Under the pieces are notes generated by a model that saw only the letters and a list, made by a program, of their open reading frames with translations, was not told the origin of the DNA and did not search any database. A stretch of 60,678 nucleotides of DNA, the filler included, from Sphacelaria rigidula (lineage: Eukaryota): NCBI GenBank assembly GCA_964200075.2. It is 5 parts of 5 records of this genome, joined end to end, with 100 filler letters (N's around TTAATTAATTAA, not from the genome) between each part and the next. Parts side by side here need not be neighbours in the genome. Positions count along the whole stretch, not along the records: positions 1 to 12,057 come from CAXNAA020004180.1; positions 12,158 to 24,213 come from CAXNAA020004181.1; 3 more parts are not named here. The stretch is one strand, 5' to 3'. Numbering within the stretch: position 1 is the first letter of the stretch; each line of letters opens with the position of its first letter. Both the position numbers and the translations under genes were made by a program. Of this stretch, positions 1 through 12,250 are shown piece after piece.

Positions 1-169
1 TGTTTTTTTACAACCGCAGGGCCCCCCCCTGTGGAAAATATTTTCTCTCTACCTCTTTGGGATCCAACGTAAAAAAAACCCCCCCCCCCCCCCCCCCCCC
101 CCCATTCTCCCCCCATTAACCAAACCATAGTTGCGTAAAAAATGTGGACACACTAGGTGAGATCATTCA

Positions 170-965
170 AGGTAGGAAAGGCGTCGGGCTGACAACGTAC
201 TGTTTTTCTCTGGGCGTACAAAAGGCCTGTGACACATGCAGTATGGAGAAAATATGTGGAGAAGGGTGAAGATGATAGAATGTGTTGGGAGTGCTACAAT
301 ACTGCACTAGGAAATATCGAACGTCATCACCCATTCTGTTCAAGGTGTATATGATTGACCTCATAATAGCAACAGAAGCAGTAAGGCAAGGAGTCAAGGT
401 GGGTGAAGATATGGTATCAGGATTGATGTTCACGGAAACACCAGAAGGATTGCAGACGCAAATAGACAAGGCGCTAGAATACACTAGGAAATGGAGAGTG
501 ACAGCGCACGTTAACAAAAGCGCGGGACTTGTATGTAACGAAGATAATAAAAATCCGGTAGAGTTCAAAGGGAAGTGGGGAGAAGAGGAACTGCCGATCG
601 TAGACCAGTATACATACCTCGGCGTAGAGATCCAAAAAATGGTTCTGGGGATGCAAACATGAATGGAGTAATAGAGAAGGGTAAAAAACAGATAGGTAGG
701 ATGGATGTGATCCTCAGAGACTCGCATCTAGACACTAGGATTAAGAAGTGTATTCGGATTAATGTGATGGTAGTAACGCTGGAATTTGCAGTAGAAGTAC
801 ATCAGGGAAACGCGAAGTTGGCGAAGAAATTGGAAACAGTACAGATGACAGCAGCTGAGAAAACACATGGATGCTCATGAACGACGAGTAATACAGCACT
901 GGAAGCAGAATTGGGAATGTACCCACTTGAAACAAAGATATGAGAAAATGGAAATGACAATACAG
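170..965 (+). mobile_element. Degenerate non-LTR retrotransposon (LINE) reverse-transcriptase C-terminal fragment
   Basis: ORFs 282-662 and 575-880 are joined by a frameshift and read SPILFKVY...VSGLMF/ETPEGLQTQIDKALEYTRKWRV...IVDQYTYLGVEI...LDTRIKKCIRINVM...LETVQMTAA, i.e. late RT motifs and thumb. The expected [F/Y]ADD motif is missing after SGLMF, and stops and frameshifts are present. Confidence 0.85.
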
Positions 966-1299
966 CTTGCTACCTTTAGACACGACCACTGATACATGCG
1001 CAAATATGTCCGCGATGATATCGAAATACTGGCTGCGCCGATCTACGGATATGGATAATATCGGAGAATCCTATCAATACGCAGCCCCGCCAGTCGACGC
1101 CTTCCCGTAAGAGGCGCGGATTTCAGCTTTTCCAAGGCGAGTTTTTCCTCGGCCAAATCCACTGCAGCACTCTCGCCCAAGGGCTCTCAATCCGCCCTGA
1201 TGGAGGTTTGCTTGTGTAACGGGTAAAGCTGAAGTTACGCCTTTTGCTCTTTAAAACAAGGCAAAACCCCATGTGTTTGTCAAACCATGGACAACAAAC

Positions 1300-1480
1300 G
1301 GGGGCCTCGGAGGGGATCCACTTCCTTTTGCTGCTGCCTTCTTTTTCCTGTGGCTGCTGCTTCCGTCTTTTTCTCTTCCTTCCCTCCTTTTTCTCTTTTT
1401 TTTTTGCTACTCCTGACTACGGGCTGAATTGTTGCAATCGGCTGATGTAACATGATTAATTAATCAATCAATCAATCAAA
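1300..1480 (+). mobile_element. LINE 3'-end fragment (pyrimidine-rich UTR, stem-loop motif, (ATCA)n tail)
   Basis: tgactacgggctgaattgttgcaatcggctgatgt is followed by aatcaatcaatcaatca. It matches 9410-9482 and resembles the end of the LINE at ~46970-47085. Confidence 0.6.
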
Positions 1481-1860
1481 GTGCTGCCAGGAGTCCAGTA
1501 TCATGAAGGAGACACCACACTCACAAGGAGAAAAAAAAAGGGGCCACAGCCCACGATTTTTTTTCCTCTCTGAGCCGGAGTATCGAAAGGGGATGGGGGA
1601 CAGAAGCCGGGGTACGATTCACGCCCTTGACTAGCTTACCCTTTGGGGCCATTTTCTAGGGCTGACGGCATCGTACTTTTCTGTTTTTCGGGCGGCACAC
1701 CAAGTTAGGACTAGAGTGAGTCAATGTATTCACGACTTCATCTCGCAGCACTGCAAATACCGCTGCTGGTCCGTACAAATACTCGAGGCGTGAAATTGGC
1801 GTCCCTATCCTACGCATAATAGTTTGGCTTTCCATCTCCCTGTTTGTCTTCCTGTCTCAC

Positions 1861-4800
1861 CCGGTCAGTACGTACTCCGCGAAGCGTTCCGGGCCCGACA
1901 CTTCGAGTCGAAGATCTTCTGTAAAGTGTACTTTTTGCTCAAGTTTTTCCGCCTCGCCCTCCCACGGCATTACTGTTCTCTTCAGATTGAGTACCAATGC
2001 GTTGGGAGGCTTGAAACAAACAAGAAACGGACATAGTCGATGAATTCGTTTTTCGAAAGGAACAGAAAAAGCAGAGGACGACGGGCGAGACGCGGGGAAA
2101 ATAGGGAATGTTGTGAAGCTGAAAGAACCGCACGTATTTCGTACATTGCACATGAAATTTCAGTAGTGTAGGTCGTTTGTTATTTTTCCTCATCCAATTA
2201 TTAGACCATGTACTTGTACTCTGTTCCTTCTACTGCTTCGGGATATCTCCTTCCACTACTCTTATCTCCCCCTACTTCTATTATACACACGTGTGCCGCT
2301 CTCACTCAAGAGTGCTGTTTGGATCGAATGCATTCCTTATGTTTTCCACAAGATGAGTACTCAACATGAAACTTCTCCTCCCCGACCCCACACTCTCTCC
2401 AATTTCCACAACTCCTCCTCGAGGTCGACTTCATCCAATCCCATCCCTCGGGGCCATTTTACACGACATCAATGCTCGCAGTCACAGTCCGAGAAGCTTT
2501 TATGCGCTTTGTTGCCTTGTGACAATGTGGCTGGACTCATAATATGTCAGGCCATGTTCCACAATCAACAGACTAATCCACCGATCAACGGACCGATCGA
2601 CCAAGCGTGCAAGGATGGATGAAGGCAGGGCATGGGAGCTGCAAAGGGCTGACCCATGCCCCGGCGCGGGGAGGGGAGGAAGATGCAGTCGTTTGCCTGC
2701 GATGAGGGGGTTCGTGGGGGGTGTAATGTATGACCAACCTCTCAACGTGGCTCCTTCGGGCAGCAGTACTTGTACTGTATGGGTGAAAAAGCCTTCTCTC
2801 GACCGTGGCATGGCTATCATCATCCACTCACGTCACAATCATGCAAGACAACAGACGCTCTGCAGAATGTGCAGCGCCCGTGCGGTGCCGCCCGGTTCAT
2901 GAAGAAGCAACAAGGACAAATCAAACAGCTACTGGACGCACGCACGGTATGCCAGGCTCATCAATTCCACGACCGAAGACACGGGGGCAAAAACGGATCA
3001 TAAGTCACTCCACACACCAACAATCTGCCGTTCCCATCACCGCCCCCAACCGTCAAGCCACGATGGTGGCACATCACAAAATCGATAAAAATCACACCGC
3101 CAGTGCCAACCCGTGCGCTGTGTTTGTCCTCAATTCCATTTTTTACTTTTCGGAACGTGCCCGTAGTCTTCACAGACCGATCAACCTCCGGCATTTGAAA
3201 TACACGAAAAACATATTCGGCGCTTCTGCCGCACAGCTCAGTCACTATTCGAAATAGAGTCTTGCAGTTTGGAACAAAAACGCGACATCTACAAAACGAC
3301 AATCACAGAAACACAAAAGACATGCTGAAATATCCACCGAAATCCACCGAAAAACTTCGCTACACATCATTACAGTTCTCCTCTCCCCCTAACGCAATCA
3401 AGCACCGGAACTGTTCCAAAAAACAGGTCACGAGCCACACAAAAAGGACGAATTGCACGGAGGTACATCACGATTGTGAATGGAAGAACATAATCACCTT
3501 GTACATCGTTACGCGCTTTTCCGCGCGCACGTGTTGCTTGCAGCCCCCGCACTCCCATCGGTTGCCGTCGCCCATCACTTCAACGGTTGTGAAGTGCTCC
3601 AATACCTCCTTCAGGGAGCACTCTTCATCAACCATCGCAGCCAGCGGCAGCGGCAGAGACAAGTCGAGGAATGCCTCGTACTTGTCTCTGCAAAATCCGC
3701 ATGAGGGACACTTCAGCTGCGGGAGGGGTGGAGGGTGGGAGGGGCGACAAGTGAGAGAATGGCTATGCATCATTGGCTGTCACTCTCCCATCATTGCTGC
3801 TATCAATCATTCGTCACAACCATTATCATACAGTAACTTTTCTGAGAGTGCTCGCACGACGCGCAGTCTTCCATAATGTTTTCCCAATATCATCACTGCT
3901 ATTATTACTGGTACAGTATTATCACCGCTGCCGTCGTCGGAGAAACCCCACTTATGCTCGCTCACTCTCTTTGTCTCTCTGTCTGTGTGTGTCTGTCTGC
4001 ATGTTTCTCTGTGCCCTTCTCTTTTCCTCTGTGATCGCCCTGACTATTGAGTTGAGGTCGACGGGAAACAGCTCGTCCGCCGCACGAGAACAAACAAAAA
4101 GCAAGACACAACGCGTTTTCGTTAAAAAAAAATGTCATGAATATTCATTTCTGCTTTTTTTTATCTCCGGTTTTAGTGGTAGTTCTGGCGTCTAATGTTC
4201 TCCTTTGTCTATTCACTGTCACTAGACTTTATCCTAGTCCAATCATCGTTTTTTGGATAAGTTATACGCTGGTTCCACTAGTTTAGGGTTTTCACGGGGG
4301 AAATTCCATGGGGAAAACAACGGAACGGGACGGATTTCTCGCCATGTTTCTGGGCGCGGACTTCCCGACCTATCCCGTCCCGAATTATTCCCAAATGTCC
4401 CGTCGCATCCCGTCAGTGTTCGGCGATGGGAAAGTTTCCCGTCTCGTCCCATCGTCATTGTGGGGACGGGGATAATTTCTGTCGCGCCGACGCGAGATGG
4501 TAATGAGAGGTTTCCGTTGTGCCTCGCACGTAATCCCGTTCCGTCCACACCGAACGTCCCGTCAACCAAACGGGGAATCCGGTCCAACCTCACGGGAGAT
4601 TGAACATATCTTGGGGGTATATTCGTATAATTACCGCATGTTACACATGTACTATACCGAAAAGGTTGGAATCTCCGATATTGTTGTATGCTGAAACCTG
4701 AAGGCATCGCTCGCACGAAAGACCCGTCTCGGAGCAAGGTCTTTCCGGATTGCTTGCCCACATTTCCCGTGACGAGGGGACGGGGTGGGATGTGTCTCCC

Positions 4801-7800
4801 ACGGGACGATCATTGTTTTCCTGCGGAGACCGGGATAGAATTTCCCGTAACCCCTTTACTCTTTCGCGTGCCATCCCGTAATTTTTTGCCACGGGAAACT
4901 TTCCCGTCCCGTCCCGCCCCGTCCGAGAGGACGGGTATTCCAGACCCACCCCGTCCCGTTTCACCGTGAAAGTCCTGGGTTCCGCCAAGAGACACAATCG
5001 TCAGTTCCCACAACACTTTTCAAACGCTACGGACAAGGCCCTAGGCTTCAAGTACGTCCTCTTCACGCGTGTATCCAACCCCTGCCCGTGTTGCCCAACA
5101 GTTTCGAGGGCGTTTCTCGACAAGGTTATATTTTCCTTCCATGTGGTATCTTCATCATGTATTGATCCACAAGGCACGGCTATTACGGGCAAGCACATGG
5201 ACAGGTAGGTTAGCGTTAGATCGCCACCCCGCCGCACGCACTCTCTGACGCTTTTGCGTCTTTTTCTACTACTGCAGCGGCAGCAAATGGGCAGGGTGAT
5301 GCGATATGTCAGGGCCAAATAAACGTTTCCCATCTCTTCGGTGTTTTCCTGTTTTTCAATCTGCAGATGAGGGTACGCCGCCCCTCACCGATAGAATTTC
5401 CTGATTGCACGTCAACAGGAGGAGCGTATACTTCTTGCTTCATGCTTTTCCACGTCAATATCTTTGGTTTCTGCTTCTTCATAGTTTACCGCACATGAGC
5501 GTCGTGGGCAGGGAACATGTACACAAGGTGCACGTCTCGTAGACTTCGTTGACTTTCGCTTTTTGGTCTTGTTCGTGTAGTGCAAGGCACTGAGGCGGGT
5601 GTGATGACGCAGAGTACAGTACCGTCAATGAACGTTGCACCGTGTCATGTTTCAGCGTCGCGTGCACGTTGAAAGGACGAGCTGTTTGATTCGGTCCAGT
5701 CGAAACAATCTGCATTTGTGCTTGGCTCCAGTCATGCTCGTTTCCCCCAATGGTGGGCCCAACTTTATCCCACAAAGCCCACGCCGATTCCACCTATGCT
5801 CTTGCACTCTCACGCTCAAGCATTGCCTGGGAACCGTCTACAGCAATCCGTTCGCTCGAGGGTTCACGCTCTGCATTCCTAGGGGTGGGGTTCAGCGCCA
5901 GCCCTTCGAAGTCCAAATTAAGGGCGGGATACGCTGTTCTTACCACTTCGATATCATGGTCGGGTCCCTCCCATCTATCCCATTTATTTATCTAGGTGGG
6001 CGAACGGGCATATGTACGTCAACTGTATTCCTGCTTGCCTTCTTCACCTGATCTCGGATATAACCGCCGAAGATTCGATGGACGGCGGTCGTTTCCCAAA
6101 GATGACCCACGGTGGCTGTATCCCTCCCGCAGCGCTCAAAGCACCCCTCAGCCATCTTACCCACGAGACCCCTCAAGAACTCGTGGGCGTCTTCCTGATG
6201 ATTGTAAAAAGCGGGGAAAATGCGAAAAATCACATGGAAACGTCGATATTTTTGCTGCATACACCATTCATCAACTACTTGAAGCATAATCCTCAAGATT
6301 TTGTCGACGAGTGATCACTTGTTTCCCGTGAAAGTGCTGGCAATCACTCAGTCATTGATTGCTGTCTCGTTCGTGTTTGATTTGCTTCGCTTTGTTTTCA
6401 ATGTTTGTTGCGTAGATGATAACATTATCGAGTGCGTGGTTGTTGTTTCGTCAGCAGATGAACGCTTCCTATACATTTTTTTGGCAAGAAATACTTTTGT
6501 ACAAGAGTTCGGCCTCTGGGTGTCTTGAACACCTTTACAAGCATGCCGATATACTGCATAAGTCAGGTGCTCTCTATTTGTGATGTGTTACTCACCTTTT
6601 GTCCGTCCAACTCAACATGAAAAAACACGGAACAAGCCTCTCCTCACCAAAGGCCACGAGCACGACCAAACACAAGGCTGGCCGATGAATACATCGATGG
6701 TCAGCAGAAGTTAGTTCGCCATACTGCACGAGTCAGGGGCTAGTGGTTCGTGGTTCGGACGTTTCTTTTTTTTGTCTCAATACATACAGCGCGAGGTAGG
6801 CCTTAGCCCGTTTTGTGATGTACTGCTATATCAACTTTACATTGTTCAACACTTCTCTTGCGCTGGTTATACGATGATGCACTTACACACGACAGCTAAG
6901 TCAACTCAACTACCGCTGTCGTCAAATGACAACGACGGGATCTGTATGGCCCCAGGAAAGGCTGACTACCGCAATTGCTGTGACCATGCTGAAGCTGTAG
7001 AGTCAGGGTTCGTGGATGGGGGGAAGAGCACACACAAGTTGCTATTCCTCTAGAGGGTGGTCTTACGTAGCTCATATGATACCCTGAGCATGGAGGAAAC
7101 ATCATGCAAATGTCACAACCATATAGTGGATGTTGGCAATGTTGACTTTGAACCAGAGTGCTGTCGGAACCCCATACCCTTCCGTAACACAGGGAGGGAA
7201 GACACCAAAACTCCTCGGTCTTGAGGTGTCCATACACAGACGGCCCCTGGCTCGTGACGGCCGTGTTCGACTGCGCGTATTTATGGAGGATGATGAATAA
7301 GAGGGTGTCTGCCCTGGTCTATCTTTGTTCTCGACAGCCTCCAAGCGCGTGTCTTAGAGAGGAGAGGGGGGGGTGTAGTCATGATCATGAATGCCATAGT
7401 CATAATACCATTGAGGGGGGCGTCTCATTTGTTGATTGCCTTAGTCGTTTGACCATTGACCACGCATCCCTTTCGACATGGAGCACCGTTCCTACTCCTA
7501 ACAGAGACACCTTCAACATTCCGGCGCTCATTACGTTTCTTCCACACATGACACAAGAACCTTTTGCATATCTTATCCCCATCCTGTTTCGCCGTCTCTG
7601 GCCACCATTTATCTCCTAGTATAGCCATCGTTCACCCCCTAGTGTCTAATGCATCAAACGATTTCATGCAGAAGAGGGGGGCGTATTCATTTGTTGATTG
7701 TCTTAGTTGTTCGACCATTAACATGCAGGAGAGGGGGGGGGGGGGACTCTGTGGCTCCTAGCCTGCAGTTGGTAATAACGACCGTTAGATACCATAGTAT

Positions 7801-9682
7801 AGGCACGCTTCCGTGATGCACCTTCTCGGACACACTTTTGTCACTTTTCCTACGTTTTCACACCAAGTGCAACAACGACTGGGGGGTCATGCACACCATC
7901 ACATACAGTAGTATAGATCTAGAGCTCTAACGTTCACCATATTTTGAAAACATGGGGCTTCATCGCAAAAGCGATACTGCGATTCCACGACAGCACTCGC
8001 CTCGCCAGACGGTACTTTGCACAGCTGTCCGGGTGCAAGGCAAACCGTCACGTGAATGACAACAGTATCTTTGAAGCGATCACGACTCTTTCGTGAGCCC
8101 ATCTCCCTACCCGGCCATCAAAGTGAGAATCTTGAAGGATCATCGTCGAGAAAAAACATATGTTTGTAGGAGACACGGGGATCCCTACACCAACGTCCGG
8201 GATAGTGCTCACTGCTAACATTACACGAGGGATAGAAAGTCGACACAAACGTTGGCGTACACCACGCTAGCACTCATAAACACGCTGAAACTATAGTTGA
8301 GTACCGGCGTCAACTTTTTGGGGCTCATGATACGCGTACGCACAGCAAATGCCTTGATACAACCCTCCGCAGCTGGTCGCTCGATTTAGGTTAAGTCGTC
8401 TTTCAACCCTAGTCCGGACAGCCGAACATTGACACGACCGGGATGACGGCCGTTTCCAGGGACGAAGTGATGCGGCAGCAACGGTGCACACCACACACTA
8501 CTCCTACACCTACCTACGCTGTGCGAGCTTGTAGAGTACTCGCGACGCAACAAAATACACGGCGAAATGCACTTCTAGATTGCCCGAGCACGGTGTATAC
8601 TTTGTTTTTGGGCCGAACCAACTAGAATTAAATGGGGATCGACTTTTTCGGGATCCGTGACCCAGTCAAAACACTGCAAACGATACCTGAATCCGCCCGC
8701 TTTCGTCATGGATATCGCAAGCCTCGGTGTTGCTCATCCCCTGCTGAGCCGATTTCCATGGATTATGGCATAGCTGAGAGAGGGCTATCGTGAGATCAAG
8801 TGCGCCTGTGCTTGACTGCTCCACAGATGCTTGCAAGAGTGGCTATACGTCGAGGAACCTATGCATGTTCATGTCATGAGCCCGTGAAACGTGCCGCAAA
8901 TAGTTGCGACGTGACGTGAACTACGGATTGTACTGCCTTGCTTGGTCAAGTTACTCTTCAACCCTTCCGAAATATTTTCATGCGCTGTAGATCCAGGTCT
9001 GTGCATAACGATTTGCTTACCTCGTGTTCCCGGTGGTTCCTTGTCTATTTTTGCTTTTGTTTGTGCCCCCCCCGCGCCTCCCCGGAAACGAGCCTGGCTC
9101 TATCTCTTGCTTCTCCCTATATTTTGAAATTTTGCGTTCCTTTCCCTACGTTCTATTCTTCTAGTCTTTCATTTATTTTATGTTCCTCCAATTGTTTCTG
9201 TTTCTGGTCACGAGCTGGATTGTTTGCAGTCAGCTACGTAACGCGATAACATCATCTCGTTGCTTGTGTTTGTGTTTGTGTTTGTGTTTGTGTGTGCTCT
9301 TACGGCTGTTCTTGTTGTCGTTGCTTCTTCTTCTTTTTCCTTCATGTTGTTGTTTCTGTCTTTTTCTGTTCCTTTCCTTCTTCCGTGTTCTGCTCTTTTT
9401 CTGCTGCTCCTGACCGCGGGTTGGATTGTTGCAATCAGCAAATGTGAGAAAATCAATCAGTCCATCAGTCAATCAGTCAATAACAAAAAATGGTCCGAAT
9501 CGATCCAGAAGCCACGTACGTGTGTAACTCTCGGGTCAGGACATGATCTAACGGTAGCGGGGGAACAAAAACTGGTCACTTGCCTGTCGGCCTCGGCACA
9601 AGTCTTGCCCGATGGAACTCAAGTTATCCACAAACATGTGTGGAATAATGGTTGGCAGAGGAGCATCCCCCTCGCTGAACAC
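1861..9682 (-). CDS. Ubiquitin-specific protease (peptidase C19, USP36/USP42-like), partial: four internal exons
   Basis: Minus-strand exons 9682-9584 (VFSEGDAPLPT...DLCRGRQ), 6194-6048 (EDAHEFLRGL...HRIFGGYIRDQ), 3716-3498 (LKCPSCG...FLDLSL...WECGGCKQ...MYK) and 2009-1861 (PPNALVLNLKR...KVHFTEDLRL...YVLTG) splice in frame. They rebuild the USP motifs GRQEDAHEF, IFGG, CxxC...FLDLSL...CxxC and LxLKR. The Cys-box and His-box exons were not found in this contig. Confidence 0.88.
4284..4977. mobile_element. Non-autonomous TIR element (hAT-like MITE) rich in CCCGT/ACGGG subterminal motifs
   Basis: Left end tagggttttcacgg matches the reverse complement of the right end, caggactttcacgg, at 11/14 positions. 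Many ccgtcccg/cgggacgg motifs occur in both orientations, and there is no credible coding capacity. Confidence 0.65.
7357..7745 (+). repeat. Local direct repeat / dispersed G-rich repeat fragment
   Basis: gagggggg-cgt.tcatttgttgattg.cttagt.gtt.gaccatt occurs at ~7413 and ~7674. The segment ggggtgtagtcatgatc...catagtcata at ~7371 recurs at ~23723. Confidence 0.55.
9000..9482 (+). mobile_element. Two tandem LINE 3'-end fragments
   Basis: The motif gctggattgtttgcagtcagc (~9213) and gttggattgttgcaatcagc (~9420) each follows a T-rich tract. The second ends in a degenerate (ATCA)n tail. Confidence 0.55.
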
Positions 9683-10105
9683 CTAAAATGATGCATCGCC
9701 ACGAGAAACAGACGGGTGAAAGTATGGGTAAAATGTTAAATATACATGTACATATATGCGAGTGCGTTAGTTTGACGACGATGATATACAACAAGTTCGA
9801 CGTGTACGATGCGACAAAGCAGAGCAGCCGATCATGTTTTGCCCAGACGAAAACAACATAATACAGAGGAAAATCGGACCAGCCATCAACCAAACAAACG
9901 ACGTCCTTCGATAAATGAATGCAGCAACTCATGAAAGAGTACGTCCACCAATCTATGAACAGCAAAATGTTGTGTACTTGCTCTTCACTGCACTCTAGTA
10001 GTAAACAAACAGCAGTCTACTTGATCCAAACGGGACAGGGCATTTCCTTCCGGCGACACGTACAAAGCTCGGCCTCTTAACGTCTCCGTATATCGTAAGC
10101 AACGT

Positions 10106-10352
10106 GCGATCCTAAAAAATGGGAACAAGATTTTCCCATTAGGCCGAACTGAGATCGACATCGTGAATTATATTGCATCTAGTACTTTGAGAAGGTTGTC
10201 TCAAAGGCAACCTTTGATGGTGACAACAAAAGGTAGGTACAACGTCGTATATATTGAGGGAACCTTTGACGGGGACGAGGCGTAATAGCGTATCACATTT
10301 CGACCTCAGTCCGTTCCCATAGAAAAATCTCGTTCCCATTAGTCAGGATCGC
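10106..10352. mobile_element. MITE (~250 bp) with ~55-bp imperfect terminal inverted repeats
   Basis: Left gcgatcctaaaaaatgggaacaagattttccc...actgagatcgac aligns with the right-end reverse complement gcgatcctgactaatgggaacgagatttttct...actgaggtcgaa. Confidence 0.7.
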
Positions 10353-12057
10353 CTGTCAAGTACTGAACAAAAACAGTCACTAGCAGCACATTTCAAAGAG
10401 CAGGGCGACATACCGTATTGAGATACGTTTCAGGATCGGGTGACTTCCAAGTAGACATTCCATCTCCCCTTCCCCTGTCCTAGTTGGTTTGGGTATTGTT
10501 AAATGATGGCGTTGCCATTTCTTCAGTTTACTCCGTTCGTCTATCTTCTTGTTTCTACTCTTCTTCTGTAGCGAGCGTTTCTGTCTTGGTGTTTGCTTCC
10601 TTTGGGTACGTAAAGTTACCATGGCTGAGTCCGTCCGGGATCGATTAATGTGCGGCTATCGATCAGATCAATGAATCTCGATTACCGTTCTTTGCTTCTA
10701 CACGATTACCATTGAGGGTAGCGCAAAAGCTCGCTGAAACGCCCGTTCGGCATGATTGTACTACGAGTACAGTATATCGCAGTGATTTGCCGTGTCCACA
10801 ATAGTTGGTGCTGAACCTTCATGCCATGTCGAATGAACCACGGGGCGCACGGTCCATTCACTACAGTATATACCATCGCGTTGAACACTTAAAATTGAAG
10901 TATACACACAAGTATAGCTACATGCAGACTGTCGCGCACTCACACAAGTGCAGTTAGGATGAAGCTGCGTCTGAACGTGAGTAGATGCTCTCGCAGGCAA
11001 ACATCACAACATGCGATAAAACAAGCTGTCGTTGTTTCATTTCACAACGCGAAAATACCTCAGACACGTTTTGGCCGAAATCGTGCACCTCTACCGTAGC
11101 CCGACTCTCCGCTTCCTTTCCTGGGGTTGTATTCCTGCCTTCTTTTTTCTCGGGGCTCCGTACTTGTAGCGAGCGCCTCGTTTACTGTGTCTCGGGTACC
11201 TTCATCTTCATATTGCGACCACAGCTCAATTCGCAGCGAATCACTGTCACCTGATGCGCGGCGATAAACCTAATTTACTCCACTCTACTCTACTCTACTC
11301 TACCTCAACCTAGTCAATGAAGACGCCTTAGCCAGGGCACCGAGCGCAAGCGAAAGAACGGTCTCCACATCCTCGTTGCCACGAGCTTTGGCCCCGAAAT
11401 CTTCTTCAGGGAATTCTTTTTCCGCAGCGGAAATATGAATCGAGGAGGCGGGTTGACACTTTTATTTCGGGATTTTCTATTAATAATGAGAAAAGCACCT
11501 TGAAATATATTGACGACAATCTCGAGTGAAATTCATTCTCGATGTGTAGCGTGTGGACCTCAGTGACGGGATACGCATCTTCTGACGGGGAGGTCATTCT
11601 CCACTCTTTGGAGGCCGGACCGCAGAAGGGCCAAACGGGCTTCGGGGAGTTTCGCGTTCGAAATCAAACGATTACAAGGGCGGCCTTGTTCATTCAAAGT
11701 ACGAGGTGAGCGCTCAACACATTGGTATCGATATCGCTGTGTCCACGTAGGAAAAAGAGGGAATGCTGCTTGACCAAAGACGGTGCTTCCCGCCTCTTCA
11801 CTCGGATTTCTTGCACAACCCAATTAGGAAGCCACTGGGCAATATACCCTGGACAAACAAGTGGACAGTGTGTTATTCGCCGTTTCACATTGGGATCGGT
11901 GTCCAGAGAGAGAGCGAGCTTCAGCGACGTCCACATCCGCGACGCTACCACGACCACCGCCTATCCCGAGCAAGATCTGCGGGAACACCAACCCTGTGTA
12001 CATGGGTGAGCAGCCACTGGTCCCAGAGAGATTGAGCAACAAGGGTGACAATACTGA

Positions 12058-12157
12058 NNNNNNNNNNNNNNNNNNNNNNNNNNNNNNNNNNNNNNNNNNN
12101 NTTAATTAATTAANNNNNNNNNNNNNNNNNNNNNNNNNNNNNNNNNNNNNNNNNNNN
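12058..12157. other. Artificial contig-joining spacer
   Basis: 44 N + TTAATTAATTAA (stops in all six frames) + 44 N. Confidence 0.98.
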
Positions 12158-12216
12158 TGTTCTGGCCTCCCTGTGTTGTTTGGGGGCGTCGCGCTGGGGG
12201 TGGGGGGGGGGTCGGT

Positions 12217-12250
<34 letters not shown>

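Noticed and set aside
11060..11710. Candidate exons at ~11251-11060 (-) and ~11550-11705 (+)
   Set aside because: Splice-like signals are present, but there is no USP Cys-box or other motif and no phase-linked partner exon.
12196..12249. Long poly-G/poly-C runs as G-quadruplex elements (also 79-103, 24369-24417, 36273-36303)
   Set aside because: All sit within ~100 bp of contig ends, where homopolymer length and flanking bases are unreliable.
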